Below, piece after piece: positions 8,941 to 17,572 of a stretch of DNA of 64,000 bases (its first letter is position 1; each line of letters opens with the position of its first letter). The stretch is from an uncultured delta proteobacterium (GTDB lineage: Bacteria; Myxococcota_A; Polyangia; Polyangiales; Houyiibacteriaceae). A program made the position numbers and the translations under genes. The stretch spans positions 650,188-714,187 of the forward strand of contig CAVYJZ010000009.1 of the NCBI GenBank assembly GCA_963768985.1, written 5' to 3'. The notes under the pieces were generated by a model. That model ran no database searches. It had not been told where the DNA came from and saw only the letters and a program-made list of their open reading frames with translations.

Positions 8941-8959
8941 AATAGAACACGTTTCACTT
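8941..8959. promoter_or_regulatory. 19-bp motif AATAGAACACGTTTCACTT, copy 1 (candidate operator upstream of the PaaX-like gene)
   Basis: 18/19 identical to 23866..23884. Core AACACGTT is a near-palindrome (AACGCGTT is perfect in copy 2). Lies 38-56 nt upstream of the ATG at 8903. Confidence 0.5.
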
Positions 8960-9034
8960 TTGGTCTAGCCTATGGGTGCGGCGGTGGCCAGCGGGCGCTG
9001 ACAGCAGGGGCCTGCGTAGGTAAGACTGCGCGCG

Positions 9035-9775
9035 ATGGCGAGGCTCAGCGTCAACGTGAACAAGGTCGCCACACTTCGGAACTCCCGGGGTGGGGCTGTC
9101 CCGAACCTGGTCGAGGCCGTGCGGGTCTGCGTCGAGGCCGGCGCTCCCGGCATCACGGTACATCCGCGCGCCGACCAACGCCACATTCGACCCGCCGACG
9201 TGTACGACGTCGCAGCGGCGCTCGCGCCGGTGCGCGATCGCGTCGAGTACAACATCGAGGGAGACCCGCGGCCGGAGTTCGTCGACATGGTCGACTCGGT
9301 TCGGCCCGACCAATGCACGCTCGTCCCGGTTCGTCCCGGGGAGCTGACCAGCGAGGCCGGCTGGCCCGCGGATACGCCGAAGGCGGCGCTTGCCGAGATC
9401 GTCGAACGCCTTCGGGATCGGGGTGTGCGCGTGAGCGTGTTCGTCGATCCCGAGCCGAGGGTCATCGACTGGGCTGCGGAGCTGGGCGCAGATCGAATCG
9501 AGCTCTATACCGAACCGTACGCTCGAGCGTTTGAACGCGGTGGAGACGAGTTGAGTGCAGCGATCGAGCGCTACCGGCTCGCGGCCGAACGCGCTTCGTC
9601 CAATGGGCTCGGCGTGAACGCCGGTCACGATCTCGACTTGGCAAACCTTCCCACGTTCCTCAGCGTGGCTCCCATCGACGAGATCTCGATTGGACACGCG
9701 TTGATGGCGCGCGCCTTGTTCGTTGGGTTGGCGTCCGCAGTCGCGGAATACCTGCGAATTGCCGGGTCATGTTGA
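9035..9775 (+). CDS. pdxJ: Pyridoxine 5'-phosphate synthase
   Basis: 246 aa. LSVNVNKVATLRNSRGG...GITVHPRADQRHI...GVNAGHDL are the PdxJ hallmarks. Confidence 0.9.
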   Translation: MARLSVNVNKVATLRNSRGGAVPNLVEAVRVCVEAGAPGITVHPRADQRHIRPADVYDVAAALAPVRDRVEYNIEGDPRPEFVDMVDSVRPDQCTLVPVRPGELTSEAGWPADTPKAALAEIVERLRDRGVRVSVFVDPEPRVIDWAAELGADRIELYTEPYARAFERGGDELSAAIERYRLAAERASSNGLGVNAGHDLDLANLPTFLSVAPIDEISIGHALMARALFVGLASAVAEYLRIAGSC

Positions 9776-9808
9776 CACAGTGGCCGAGTTTCCTAGAGTT
9801 CGGCCGCC

Positions 9809-10822
9809 ATGGGGCCTAGGACGCACGACAACCCTTTGAGCGCCGTCTTGAGCGGCTTGCTCGATCAACGCAGCAAAGAGCCGAAGGTCACGCCAGTGCC
9901 TCCCGATGTACGGCTCGACGGGCGCACCTGCTTGGTCACCGGAGCCAACAGTGGACTCGGCAAGGCGATCGCGATTCGACTCGCCAAGCGAGGGGCGCAT
10001 GTGATCATGGCGTGTCGAAGTGGGATTCCGGAGGCCGGCGAAGATGTCCGTGCAGCGAGCGGCAACGATCAAATCGAGATGTTGAAGGTCGACCTGAGCG
10101 ACTTCGATTCGATCGCGGCATTCTGCGACGAATTGCGAGATCGACACGTTACGCTCGACGTCGCGGTGTTCAACGCGGGCGTCGTGCCAGTGACCGCGCG
10201 CCAGAATAGGCACGGCCTCGATCTGATGTTCGCGGTGAACTTCTTGGCCAAGTTCGTTCTGCTCCGTCGCTTGCTTCGCGACGGAGTGATTCCCAACGCG
10301 GTCTATGGCAACAACTCTCGAGCAGAAGATCCGCCGCGGGTGATCTTCGTTTCGTCGGAGACGCACCGGAGCTCGATCCCCATCGATTTCGACAATTTCG
10401 GCGACCCAGTCGAGTACGGGGTATCGGACGGAGTGAAGTACTACGGCCTCAGCAAGCTCCACCTGACTACGTATTTTCACGAGCTCTCGAGGCGCCTCAA
10501 CCCTGGTAGCAACGGGGACGACCCCGATGTCTGCGTGCACGCTCTTTGTCCCGGGGCGGTGAACTCCAACATGGCGCGCGAGGCCCCCGCTTGGCTCAAG
10601 CCAGTTCTCAAGCCGGTGATGGCGTTGTTCTTCCAGAGCCCCGAAAAGGCCTCTATCCCGGCCGATTATCTGGCGACCTCCGACGAGATGGGCCGAACTA
10701 CCGGCGCGTACATGCACATGATGCGGAGTAAGCAATCGTCCCCCGCCTCGATGGACGCAGAAAATGGCGCGTTGCTTTGGCGCAAGACCGAAGAGCTCTT
10801 GCGCAAGCACGCAGTGATCTAG
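9809..10822 (+). CDS. Short-chain dehydrogenase/reductase (SDR)
   Basis: 337 aa. TGANSGLGKAIA (TGxxxGxG) and the downstream YGLSK (YxxxK) catalytic motif. Confidence 0.85.
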   Translation: MGPRTHDNPLSAVLSGLLDQRSKEPKVTPVPPDVRLDGRTCLVTGANSGLGKAIAIRLAKRGAHVIMACRSGIPEAGEDVRAASGNDQIEMLKVDLSDFDSIAAFCDELRDRHVTLDVAVFNAGVVPVTARQNRHGLDLMFAVNFLAKFVLLRRLLRDGVIPNAVYGNNSRAEDPPRVIFVSSETHRSSIPIDFDNFGDPVEYGVSDGVKYYGLSKLHLTTYFHELSRRLNPGSNGDDPDVCVHALCPGAVNSNMAREAPAWLKPVLKPVMALFFQSPEKASIPADYLATSDEMGRTTGAYMHMMRSKQSSPASMDAENGALLWRKTEELLRKHAVI

Positions 10823-10831
10823 GAAAAGCGA

Positions 10832-11932
10832 ATGACCGACGAGTTGAGCAAAGAAGAGCAGGAGATCGTCGACGGGACCGTGTGGAATCGTTTCTGTGAC
10901 ACCCTGAAGATGGCGGGGAACGTCGTGCTTGGACCCAATACGCCGGCTGATCCGATGAACCGGATGGAGGGCTTCCGCTACTTGAGCCGAATTACGCGCG
11001 CCGCCCTCCAGACTTTCGTCGAGCACAACGACCCGCTCGCACCAGTCCTGCAGCGCGTGGTGCACGAGACGGCCAAAATGGGCGCGGACCACCCAGACAA
11101 CTACTACCAGAACGCATCGATCAGCGGCGAGCACGAGTACCGTATCGTCGGCAACCGAGGGTCCGTGCACTACCTTGGGTTCTTCACGCAGAGGGGCAAC
11201 TACGGTCAGGGCCGCGGGATGCCGCCGACCGGATACCTCGAAGCGTCGACGATGCAGATCGAGCCCGACGGCAGCTTCGAGATCGTTCTGAGCACCGAGG
11301 AGCGACGAGGAAACTGGCTCCCGATGGAGCGGGAGACCGGTACCTTGATCGTGCGGCAAACGTTTCTAGATCGTGAGAATGAAACGCTCGCGGACCTTCG
11401 CATCGAGCGTATTGGCGGAGACGGGCGGCCGTCGCCGTTCGATCCGGTGAAGTGCGCGGAGGGCCTGACGACCTCGGCTGGTCTGGTGGCAGGCGCCGCG
11501 ATCATGTTCGCGAGCTGGGCCGAGGGCTTCAAGAAACACACGAACGAGCTGCCCCGGATGCCGCAAGAGGTCTCGAATCAAGCGGGCGGCGTGTCCGACA
11601 TCGCCTACTACCACAGCTACTGGAAGCTGGCGCCGGACGAAGCACTCGTGATCGAGGCGACGCCTCCGGAATGCGATCACTGGAACTTTCAGCTCAACAA
11701 CTACTGGATGGAATCGCTCGATTACCGCTACTACCCGATTCACGTAAACAAGCACACCGCGAAGTACCGCCCAGACGGGTCGGTGCAAGTCGTGGTGGCG
11801 GCGCAGGACAAAGGCTTCGACAACTGGATCGATACCGTCGGGCACGAAGAGGGTACGATGTGCTGGCGCTGGGTGCGAGCGAGCGAACACCCGCAACCAC
11901 AGACCCGAGTGCTGAAGCTGTCCGATCTCTGA
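10832..11932 (+). CDS. Conserved hypothetical protein (possibly DUF1214-type)
   Basis: 366-aa ORF with coding-like composition. 9 nt after the SDR gene and 8 nt before the sulfotransferase gene. The family assignment is from memory only and needs an HMM search. Confidence 0.55.
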   Translation: MTDELSKEEQEIVDGTVWNRFCDTLKMAGNVVLGPNTPADPMNRMEGFRYLSRITRAALQTFVEHNDPLAPVLQRVVHETAKMGADHPDNYYQNASISGEHEYRIVGNRGSVHYLGFFTQRGNYGQGRGMPPTGYLEASTMQIEPDGSFEIVLSTEERRGNWLPMERETGTLIVRQTFLDRENETLADLRIERIGGDGRPSPFDPVKCAEGLTTSAGLVAGAAIMFASWAEGFKKHTNELPRMPQEVSNQAGGVSDIAYYHSYWKLAPDEALVIEATPPECDHWNFQLNNYWMESLDYRYYPIHVNKHTAKYRPDGSVQVVVAAQDKGFDNWIDTVGHEEGTMCWRWVRASEHPQPQTRVLKLSDL

Positions 11933-11940
11933 GCTCTCCG

Positions 11941-13209
11941 ATGTCTTCCGGCGAAATCACGAGTCGCTTCGATCGGCCGTACCGTCCGGCCGCGATCGCC
12001 GCCGCCAACCGGGTAGGGCGGTTTTTCTGGCGAATGGGCCTCGGTGGTGGACCGATCACGGTGGATGGCGTCTTGTCGGATGCACGCCGCAAAGTGGAAC
12101 TGAGCGACTTCGGCGACGAGGGCTTCCTCGAGCCGCTCGAGGTCTTGGTCGATTCGATCAATCGCGAAGCCCAGCTCAACCCGGTGGGGCATCTGATCAT
12201 TCGCGGGCGGATCGTCGGTGTGCTGGCGAACAAGCTGGTGGCGCAAGATACGATCCAGCGGCATCCGGAAATCCTCGACATTCCCGTGGAGGCGCCGATT
12301 GTCGTGGCAGGCTTGGCCCGCACCGGGACGACGATGCTCCATCGCTTGATCGCGCAGGACCCTGCCATTCGTTCGCTGGCGTCGTGGGAGGCGATCAACC
12401 CCGCACCCCCTACTCGGAAGCCGTGGCGGAAGAGAGATCCACGATTCGCGCAAGCCGCCGCGGCCGCCAAGGGGCTCAAGTACATGTCGCCCGGGTTCTT
12501 CGCGATTCACCCAGCCGAGCCCGACGCGCCCGAGGAAGAGGTGATTCTCCTGGAGCAGGCGTTCCTCACGACGACGCCAGAGGCCATGATGAACGTGCCC
12601 GCGTACGCTGAGTGGCTCGAGGCACAGAATCACCTGCCGGCTTATCGAGCGCTCAAGCGCATGATGCAGTACCTGCAATGGCAACGGCCGGGTATCGGCA
12701 CGGATGTCCGCTGGGTGCTCAAGACGCCGCATCACCAGGAGTACTTCGATCCACTGCTCGATGTGTTTCCGAAAGCGACGATCGTCCACACGCATCGCGA
12801 CCCGCTCAAGACGAGCCCGTCGCTCTTCAGCATGCTCACCCACCTGCAGATGATCTTCAGCGACGACGTAGATCCGCACCGAGTCGCGAGCCATTGGCTC
12901 CATCGAATCGAAAGCATGGCCCGCCGCACAATGGCCACGCGCGAGCGGGTGAGCGACCGCGGGTTCGTCGACGTTTCTTACTACGATGTCATCGAGGATC
13001 CGATGCCGCAGGTCGCACGGATCTACGAAGCGGCTGGTCTGGAGCTGTCGGCAGAGGCAAGGGCCGCGATGGCCGCGTCGCGCAAGGTCAACAAGCAGCA
13101 CAAATACGGCCGTCACAGGTATTCGTTGGCTGACTTCGGGATGAGTAGGGACGACGTCGAGTCCCGTATCGCAGCCTATCGCGCCCGTTTCGACGTCCCT
13201 TACGAGTGA
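11941..13209 (+). CDS. Sulfotransferase family protein (PAPS-dependent)
   Basis: The track ORF 11452..13209 overlaps the previous gene. The ATG at 11941 gives 422 aa with a 5'-PSB-like loop (GLARTGTTMLHRL) and a 3'-PB-like HTHRDPLKTSPS. Confidence 0.8.
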   Translation: MSSGEITSRFDRPYRPAAIAAANRVGRFFWRMGLGGGPITVDGVLSDARRKVELSDFGDEGFLEPLEVLVDSINREAQLNPVGHLIIRGRIVGVLANKLVAQDTIQRHPEILDIPVEAPIVVAGLARTGTTMLHRLIAQDPAIRSLASWEAINPAPPTRKPWRKRDPRFAQAAAAAKGLKYMSPGFFAIHPAEPDAPEEEVILLEQAFLTTTPEAMMNVPAYAEWLEAQNHLPAYRALKRMMQYLQWQRPGIGTDVRWVLKTPHHQEYFDPLLDVFPKATIVHTHRDPLKTSPSLFSMLTHLQMIFSDDVDPHRVASHWLHRIESMARRTMATRERVSDRGFVDVSYYDVIEDPMPQVARIYEAAGLELSAEARAAMAASRKVNKQHKYGRHRYSLADFGMSRDDVESRIAAYRARFDVPYE

Positions 13210-13305
13210 AAAGACGTTGGCATTCGTCGTCAGCGAGAGATCAAGACAGGGCGCGACAATTTGCCACCTTACGCTTCAGTGCCGGCGTGCCCACATGTAA
13301 AAGGG

Positions 13306-13758
13306 ATGCTTCGTGTTGCCACGTTGTTGTTGTGTTGGTCCGCGCTTGGATGTACGGGTGCGCCCACGCAAGAGCGTCCGATCGAGAGTCGCCAGGTGCA
13401 AGCGATCGTACGCAACACCGCGAGCCCGTTCTGTCCGGGAAAGACGCTCGATACTTGCCCGAGCCCCAAGGCTGGCGAGTGGCGGCGAGACATCCGGGAA
13501 TGGGTTGGAGCGGGCGTGCCGGAACCCGAGATCCGGAGCCGCTTGCAGGCGCGGGTGCCCGAATTCGATTTGAGCATTCCTCCCGTGAAATCTGGCTGGG
13601 TGATTCCGGTCATTGCGGTTGCGTTGTCGACCTGGTGGTTGATCGCGATGGGGCGTAGGTTCAGAGGGCGCCATGCACGGACGCACCAAAGCGAAGCGCA
13701 GAACCAAGATTCCGCGCTCGACGCGCGCCTCGACGAGGAGTTGGCGCGTCTGGACTGA
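13306..13758 (+). CDS. CcmH/NrfF-like lipoprotein with a C-terminal membrane anchor (tentative)
   Basis: Signal/lipobox MLRVATLLLCWSALGC. The segment FCPGKTLDTCPSPKAGEWRRDIREWVGAGVPEPEI parallels the CcmH N-domain layout but with C-X7-C instead of CXXC. TM helix WVIPVIAVALSTWWLIAM. The track start at 13261 (TTG) is an alternative. Confidence 0.45.
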   Translation: MLRVATLLLCWSALGCTGAPTQERPIESRQVQAIVRNTASPFCPGKTLDTCPSPKAGEWRRDIREWVGAGVPEPEIRSRLQARVPEFDLSIPPVKSGWVIPVIAVALSTWWLIAMGRRFRGRHARTHQSEAQNQDSALDARLDEELARLD

Positions 13759-13784
13759 CCGTCGTTCCGGTTCGACGAGGTGTG

Positions 13785-15419
13785 TCAGTACTCTGGGCTG
13801 AAGTGTTCATCCTTCACTGCAGCGCGAAGGTCTTGGGGACGACCCCGCCGAGCGAGACCCATCTTGTAGGCGACCTCGGCGACCTCGACCGCGATTTCCT
13901 CTGAAACTGAGCGAATCTTCGATAGCGGGGGGTAGACTCTGCCCACGTCGAGATCGCGCTGGGACACCTGGTCGGCGAGCGTACGCGCCGCGACCAGGAA
14001 CATCTCGTCGACGACCCGGGATGCTTCGCTCACGATGAGTCCCATACCGAGTCCTGGAAAGATGTACGTATTGTTTCCCTGGCCTGGAACCAAAGTCCTT
14101 TCGTCCAGCTCGACCGGTCCAAAGGGGCTACCGCTCGCAAAAATCGCGCGCCCTCCGGACCATTCGTACGCCTGTCGAGCGGTGCACTCCGACCTGGATG
14201 TGGGATTCGATAGCGAGAAGATGATGGGCCGCTCCTGAATCTCGCTGATCGCCTCGACGATGGTTCTCGTGAAGGAGCCGTACACTCCGGAAGCGCCTAG
14301 GATGCCTGTCGGTTCGAGGGAGTGCACCGCGTCTACGAAGTCCGTGATCGGGCGATGGTCATGCGCAAATGTGCGCTTGTGCTCGGAAATGTCCGTCCGC
14401 GCCGAGGTGATGAGACCCTTGGAATCGAAGTACCAGCACCGCTTCTTTGCTTCGGCTTCTGGAATGCCTTCTGCCATGAGGGCAGCGACGATGAGTCGTC
14501 CGATCCCGATTCCAGCCTCCCCGGCACCAAGAAACAGCCACCGACCCTCGGTGAATGGTCGTCCGGTGAGAGGCATCGCCGACAGCAATCCCGCGAGAGC
14601 GACGGAAGCGGTCCCTTGAATGTCGTCGTTGAAGGTACAGACGCGGTTCCGGTATCTTTCGAGCAGGCGAAACGCATTGGCATTGCCGAAATCCTCGAAC
14701 TGCAGAACCGTCCGTGGAAATCTCGTGGTCACGGCGCCGACGAATTCGTCGATGAAGGCGTCGTACGTCGCGCCACGTACGCGGCGCATGGGCAAGCCGA
14801 TGTACAAGGGATCGGCGAGCAACTCCATGTTGTCCGTTCCCACGTCGAGCGTGATCGGCAAACACTTGTCGGGATGAATCCCCGCACATGCCGTGTAGAG
14901 GCTCAGCTTACCGATCGGGATGCCCATTCCGTCGGCACCGAGATCACCCAAGCCTAGGATCCTCTCGCCGTCGGTGACTACGATGACGCGGACGTCGTCG
15001 TGGGGCCAGCAAGCAAGAATCTCGTCGATTCGACCTTGGTCCTCAATCGAGACGAACATGCCTCGAGGTCGCTGAAAGATGTGGCCGAACTCTTGGCAAG
15101 CCTTCCCGACCGTGGGCGTGTAGATGAGCGGCATCACTTCTTCGACCTGGTCGATCACCACTTTATAAAAGAGTCTCTCGTTGCGATCGTGAAGCGCCTG
15201 CAAGTACACGTAGCGTTCCAGGTCGGACTCTTTGCGCCTGAGGTTCTCCATCACCCGTTTGACCTGGAGCTCCTGGCTCAGCACACGCGGCGGCAACAAT
15301 CCCCTCAAGCCCAGAGAGATCCGCTCCTCGGAAGTGAAGGCGGTGCCCTTGTTGCGAATGGGATCACGCAGCAAATCGAGGCCACGAGGTGTTTCGGAAG
15401 CGTCAGTCATGATAGCCAA
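13785..15419 (-). CDS. NAD(P)-dependent malic enzyme (large, eukaryote-type)
   Basis: 544 aa. LLRDPIRNKGTAFTSEER, YTPTVG, FEDFGNANAF and the GAGEAGIGIG dinucleotide motif. Confidence 0.9.
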   Translation of the reverse strand: MAIMTDASETPRGLDLLRDPIRNKGTAFTSEERISLGLRGLLPPRVLSQELQVKRVMENLRRKESDLERYVYLQALHDRNERLFYKVVIDQVEEVMPLIYTPTVGKACQEFGHIFQRPRGMFVSIEDQGRIDEILACWPHDDVRVIVVTDGERILGLGDLGADGMGIPIGKLSLYTACAGIHPDKCLPITLDVGTDNMELLADPLYIGLPMRRVRGATYDAFIDEFVGAVTTRFPRTVLQFEDFGNANAFRLLERYRNRVCTFNDDIQGTASVALAGLLSAMPLTGRPFTEGRWLFLGAGEAGIGIGRLIVAALMAEGIPEAEAKKRCWYFDSKGLITSARTDISEHKRTFAHDHRPITDFVDAVHSLEPTGILGASGVYGSFTRTIVEAISEIQERPIIFSLSNPTSRSECTARQAYEWSGGRAIFASGSPFGPVELDERTLVPGQGNNTYIFPGLGMGLIVSEASRVVDEMFLVAARTLADQVSQRDLDVGRVYPPLSKIRSVSEEIAVEVAEVAYKMGLARRGRPQDLRAAVKDEHFSPEY

Positions 15420-15570
15420 CCATGCCTCACATCCAGTAGACGATCATGCAGAACCCGACAGGAGGCCTTCATTCGCGACCATCTCGAGAGCGATTGCACA
15501 AGCGACGGTAACGAACGCGTTGGCCGGCTTCGGGAGCGTCGGCAAGAAAGAGGGTACAATATCGATCCCC

Positions 15571-17532
15571 ATGCAGTCACCTAGAGCACAACCTCAGCGG
15601 ATCGACGATGTGGATCGAGCGGTCGACGCGGTGCTTTCGCGCGTTGGAAGTGAGATCGTCCTCGGTCTTCCCCTCGGATTGGGTAAGGCCAACCTATTTG
15701 CGAATGCGTTGTTCGCGCGAGCGTTGCAAGATCGCTCGCTTCACTTGAGGATTATCACGGCCCTGACCCTCGAGCGACCTCGGCCGAAGTCCGAGCTAGA
15801 GCGTCGCTTCCTCGAACCATTCGTCGAACGAGTCTTCGGAAATTACCCCGAGCTCGCCTACTGCGATGCGCTGCGACGCGGCGTTCTGCCCGACAACATC
15901 GAGGTGTCCGAGTTCTTCTTGCTTCCGGGCGCTTGGCTCACGAACGACCGCGTGCAGCAAAGCTATATTGCGGTCAACTACACTCACGCTGCGCGCGTTC
16001 TCGTAGCCGCCGGGTGCAATGTGGTGGCCCAGATCGTGGGTCGACGTGGGCGCGGTCCGAGCGCGCGGTTCTCTCTTTCGAGCAACCCCGAAATGACCCT
16101 CAGCGTCGTGCCCAGTATGCGCGAGCGTGCGAAGCGAACGGGCAAGCCCGTGGTGATGCTCGGCGAGGTGAACCAAGAGCTTCCTTTCATCGCGAACGAT
16201 GCTGAAGTTGCGACCGACTTCTTCGACGTGATTTTCGACCCAGGAGAACCATACTTCACTCTGTTTTCGCTCCCTCATCAGCCGATCAGCATCGCCGACT
16301 ATGCAGTGGGCTTTCACGCTGCGAGCCTGGTCGAGGACGGTGGCACTTTGCAGATCGGGATCGGCTCGCTCGGAGATGCGATCGCGCGTTGCCTCATCGT
16401 CCGACACGAGAGGCCCGAGCGTCATGCGGCGCTGTTGAAGAAGCTTCCGATTCAACACGAGTACCTGACCCGGGAGTCCGGCCGTTTCGAGCGGGGGCTC
16501 TACGGGTGCAGCGAGATGGTGGTGGACGGCTTGATACAGCTCATCGAGGCGGGCATCCTCACTCGTCGCGTCTTTCCGAGCCTGGACCTCGAGCAACGTC
16601 ATCATGCTGGCGAGGCGGTCCCTGGCGGCGTCATTCTCCACGGCGGCTTTTTTTTGGGCAGCCGCGCGATGTACGAGCGCTTGAAGGCGATGCCGGCCGA
16701 TCAACGCGCACTGATCGACATGACTCGCATTTCATTCGTCAATCAGCTCTACGGTCAGGAGGAATTGAAGCGCAGCCATCGCCAAAAGGCACGCTTCATC
16801 AACACCGCGATGATGATGACGCTCAACGGCGCTGCGACGTCGGACGGACTGGAAGACGGACGCGTCGTGAGTGGCGTCGGCGGCCAATACAATTTCGTGG
16901 CGATGGCGCACGAGCTCGAAGGGGCCCGATCGATTCTGGCAATTCGGGCAACTCGAGAGGACGAGGGCGTACTCGTCTCGAACATCCTTTGGTCCTACGG
17001 CTATTGCACGATCCCTCGGCATTTACGGGACATCGTCGTGAGCGAATACGGAATCGCGGATCTTCGGGGCAAGACGGACCGGGAATGCGTGATGGCCATG
17101 CTCAACATTGCCGATAGCCGCTTTCAGGCGACTCTGCTCGGGGAGGCCAAGAGAGTCGGAAAGATCGAGGCCCAGTACGAGATTCCCCCACGCTGGCGGG
17201 ATAACTATCCTTCGCGACTCGAACGCGAGCTCGGCGGCGCGACCCGCGATGGACTGCTTCCCATGTTTCCGTTTGGCACCGAATTCACCGACGACGAGCT
17301 GGAGCTCGGGACTGCGCTGAAATGGCTCGAGGAACGGACCCGAACTCGGGGCGGCTCCATCTGGAGCGCGGGGTCAGCGCTCGTTTCGTCCCTTCGGTCA
17401 GCAGATGCGACGACGATGCGCCTGCTCGCTCGGATGCAGCTCGACCAGCCGAAAAACCTCCGAGAGCGTCTCTACCAGCGCCTCGTACGGTACGCGATCC
17501 TACAGACCAGGAGCGAAACGTCGAGCAGATGA
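15571..17532 (+). CDS. Acetyl-CoA hydrolase/transferase family protein
   Basis: The track ORF 15232..17532 would overlap the divergent malic enzyme gene. The ATG at 15571 gives 653 aa with GSEIVLGLPLGLGKAN... and the C-terminal GVGGQYNFV motif typical of the family. Confidence 0.75.
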   Translation: MQSPRAQPQRIDDVDRAVDAVLSRVGSEIVLGLPLGLGKANLFANALFARALQDRSLHLRIITALTLERPRPKSELERRFLEPFVERVFGNYPELAYCDALRRGVLPDNIEVSEFFLLPGAWLTNDRVQQSYIAVNYTHAARVLVAAGCNVVAQIVGRRGRGPSARFSLSSNPEMTLSVVPSMRERAKRTGKPVVMLGEVNQELPFIANDAEVATDFFDVIFDPGEPYFTLFSLPHQPISIADYAVGFHAASLVEDGGTLQIGIGSLGDAIARCLIVRHERPERHAALLKKLPIQHEYLTRESGRFERGLYGCSEMVVDGLIQLIEAGILTRRVFPSLDLEQRHHAGEAVPGGVILHGGFFLGSRAMYERLKAMPADQRALIDMTRISFVNQLYGQEELKRSHRQKARFINTAMMMTLNGAATSDGLEDGRVVSGVGGQYNFVAMAHELEGARSILAIRATREDEGVLVSNILWSYGYCTIPRHLRDIVVSEYGIADLRGKTDRECVMAMLNIADSRFQATLLGEAKRVGKIEAQYEIPPRWRDNYPSRLERELGGATRDGLLPMFPFGTEFTDDELELGTALKWLEERTRTRGGSIWSAGSALVSSLRSADATTMRLLARMQLDQPKNLRERLYQRLVRYAILQTRSETSSR

Positions 17533-17572
17533 GCGAGAGCGAGAGGCCGCAGCGCAGCAAAGGAAGGCATAC

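Noticed and set aside
9767-11359. 530-aa ORF on the minus strand
   Set aside because: It is antisense to the SDR gene and the following conserved gene. Its composition is Arg/His/Val-rich with no motifs, a typical high-GC shadow ORF.
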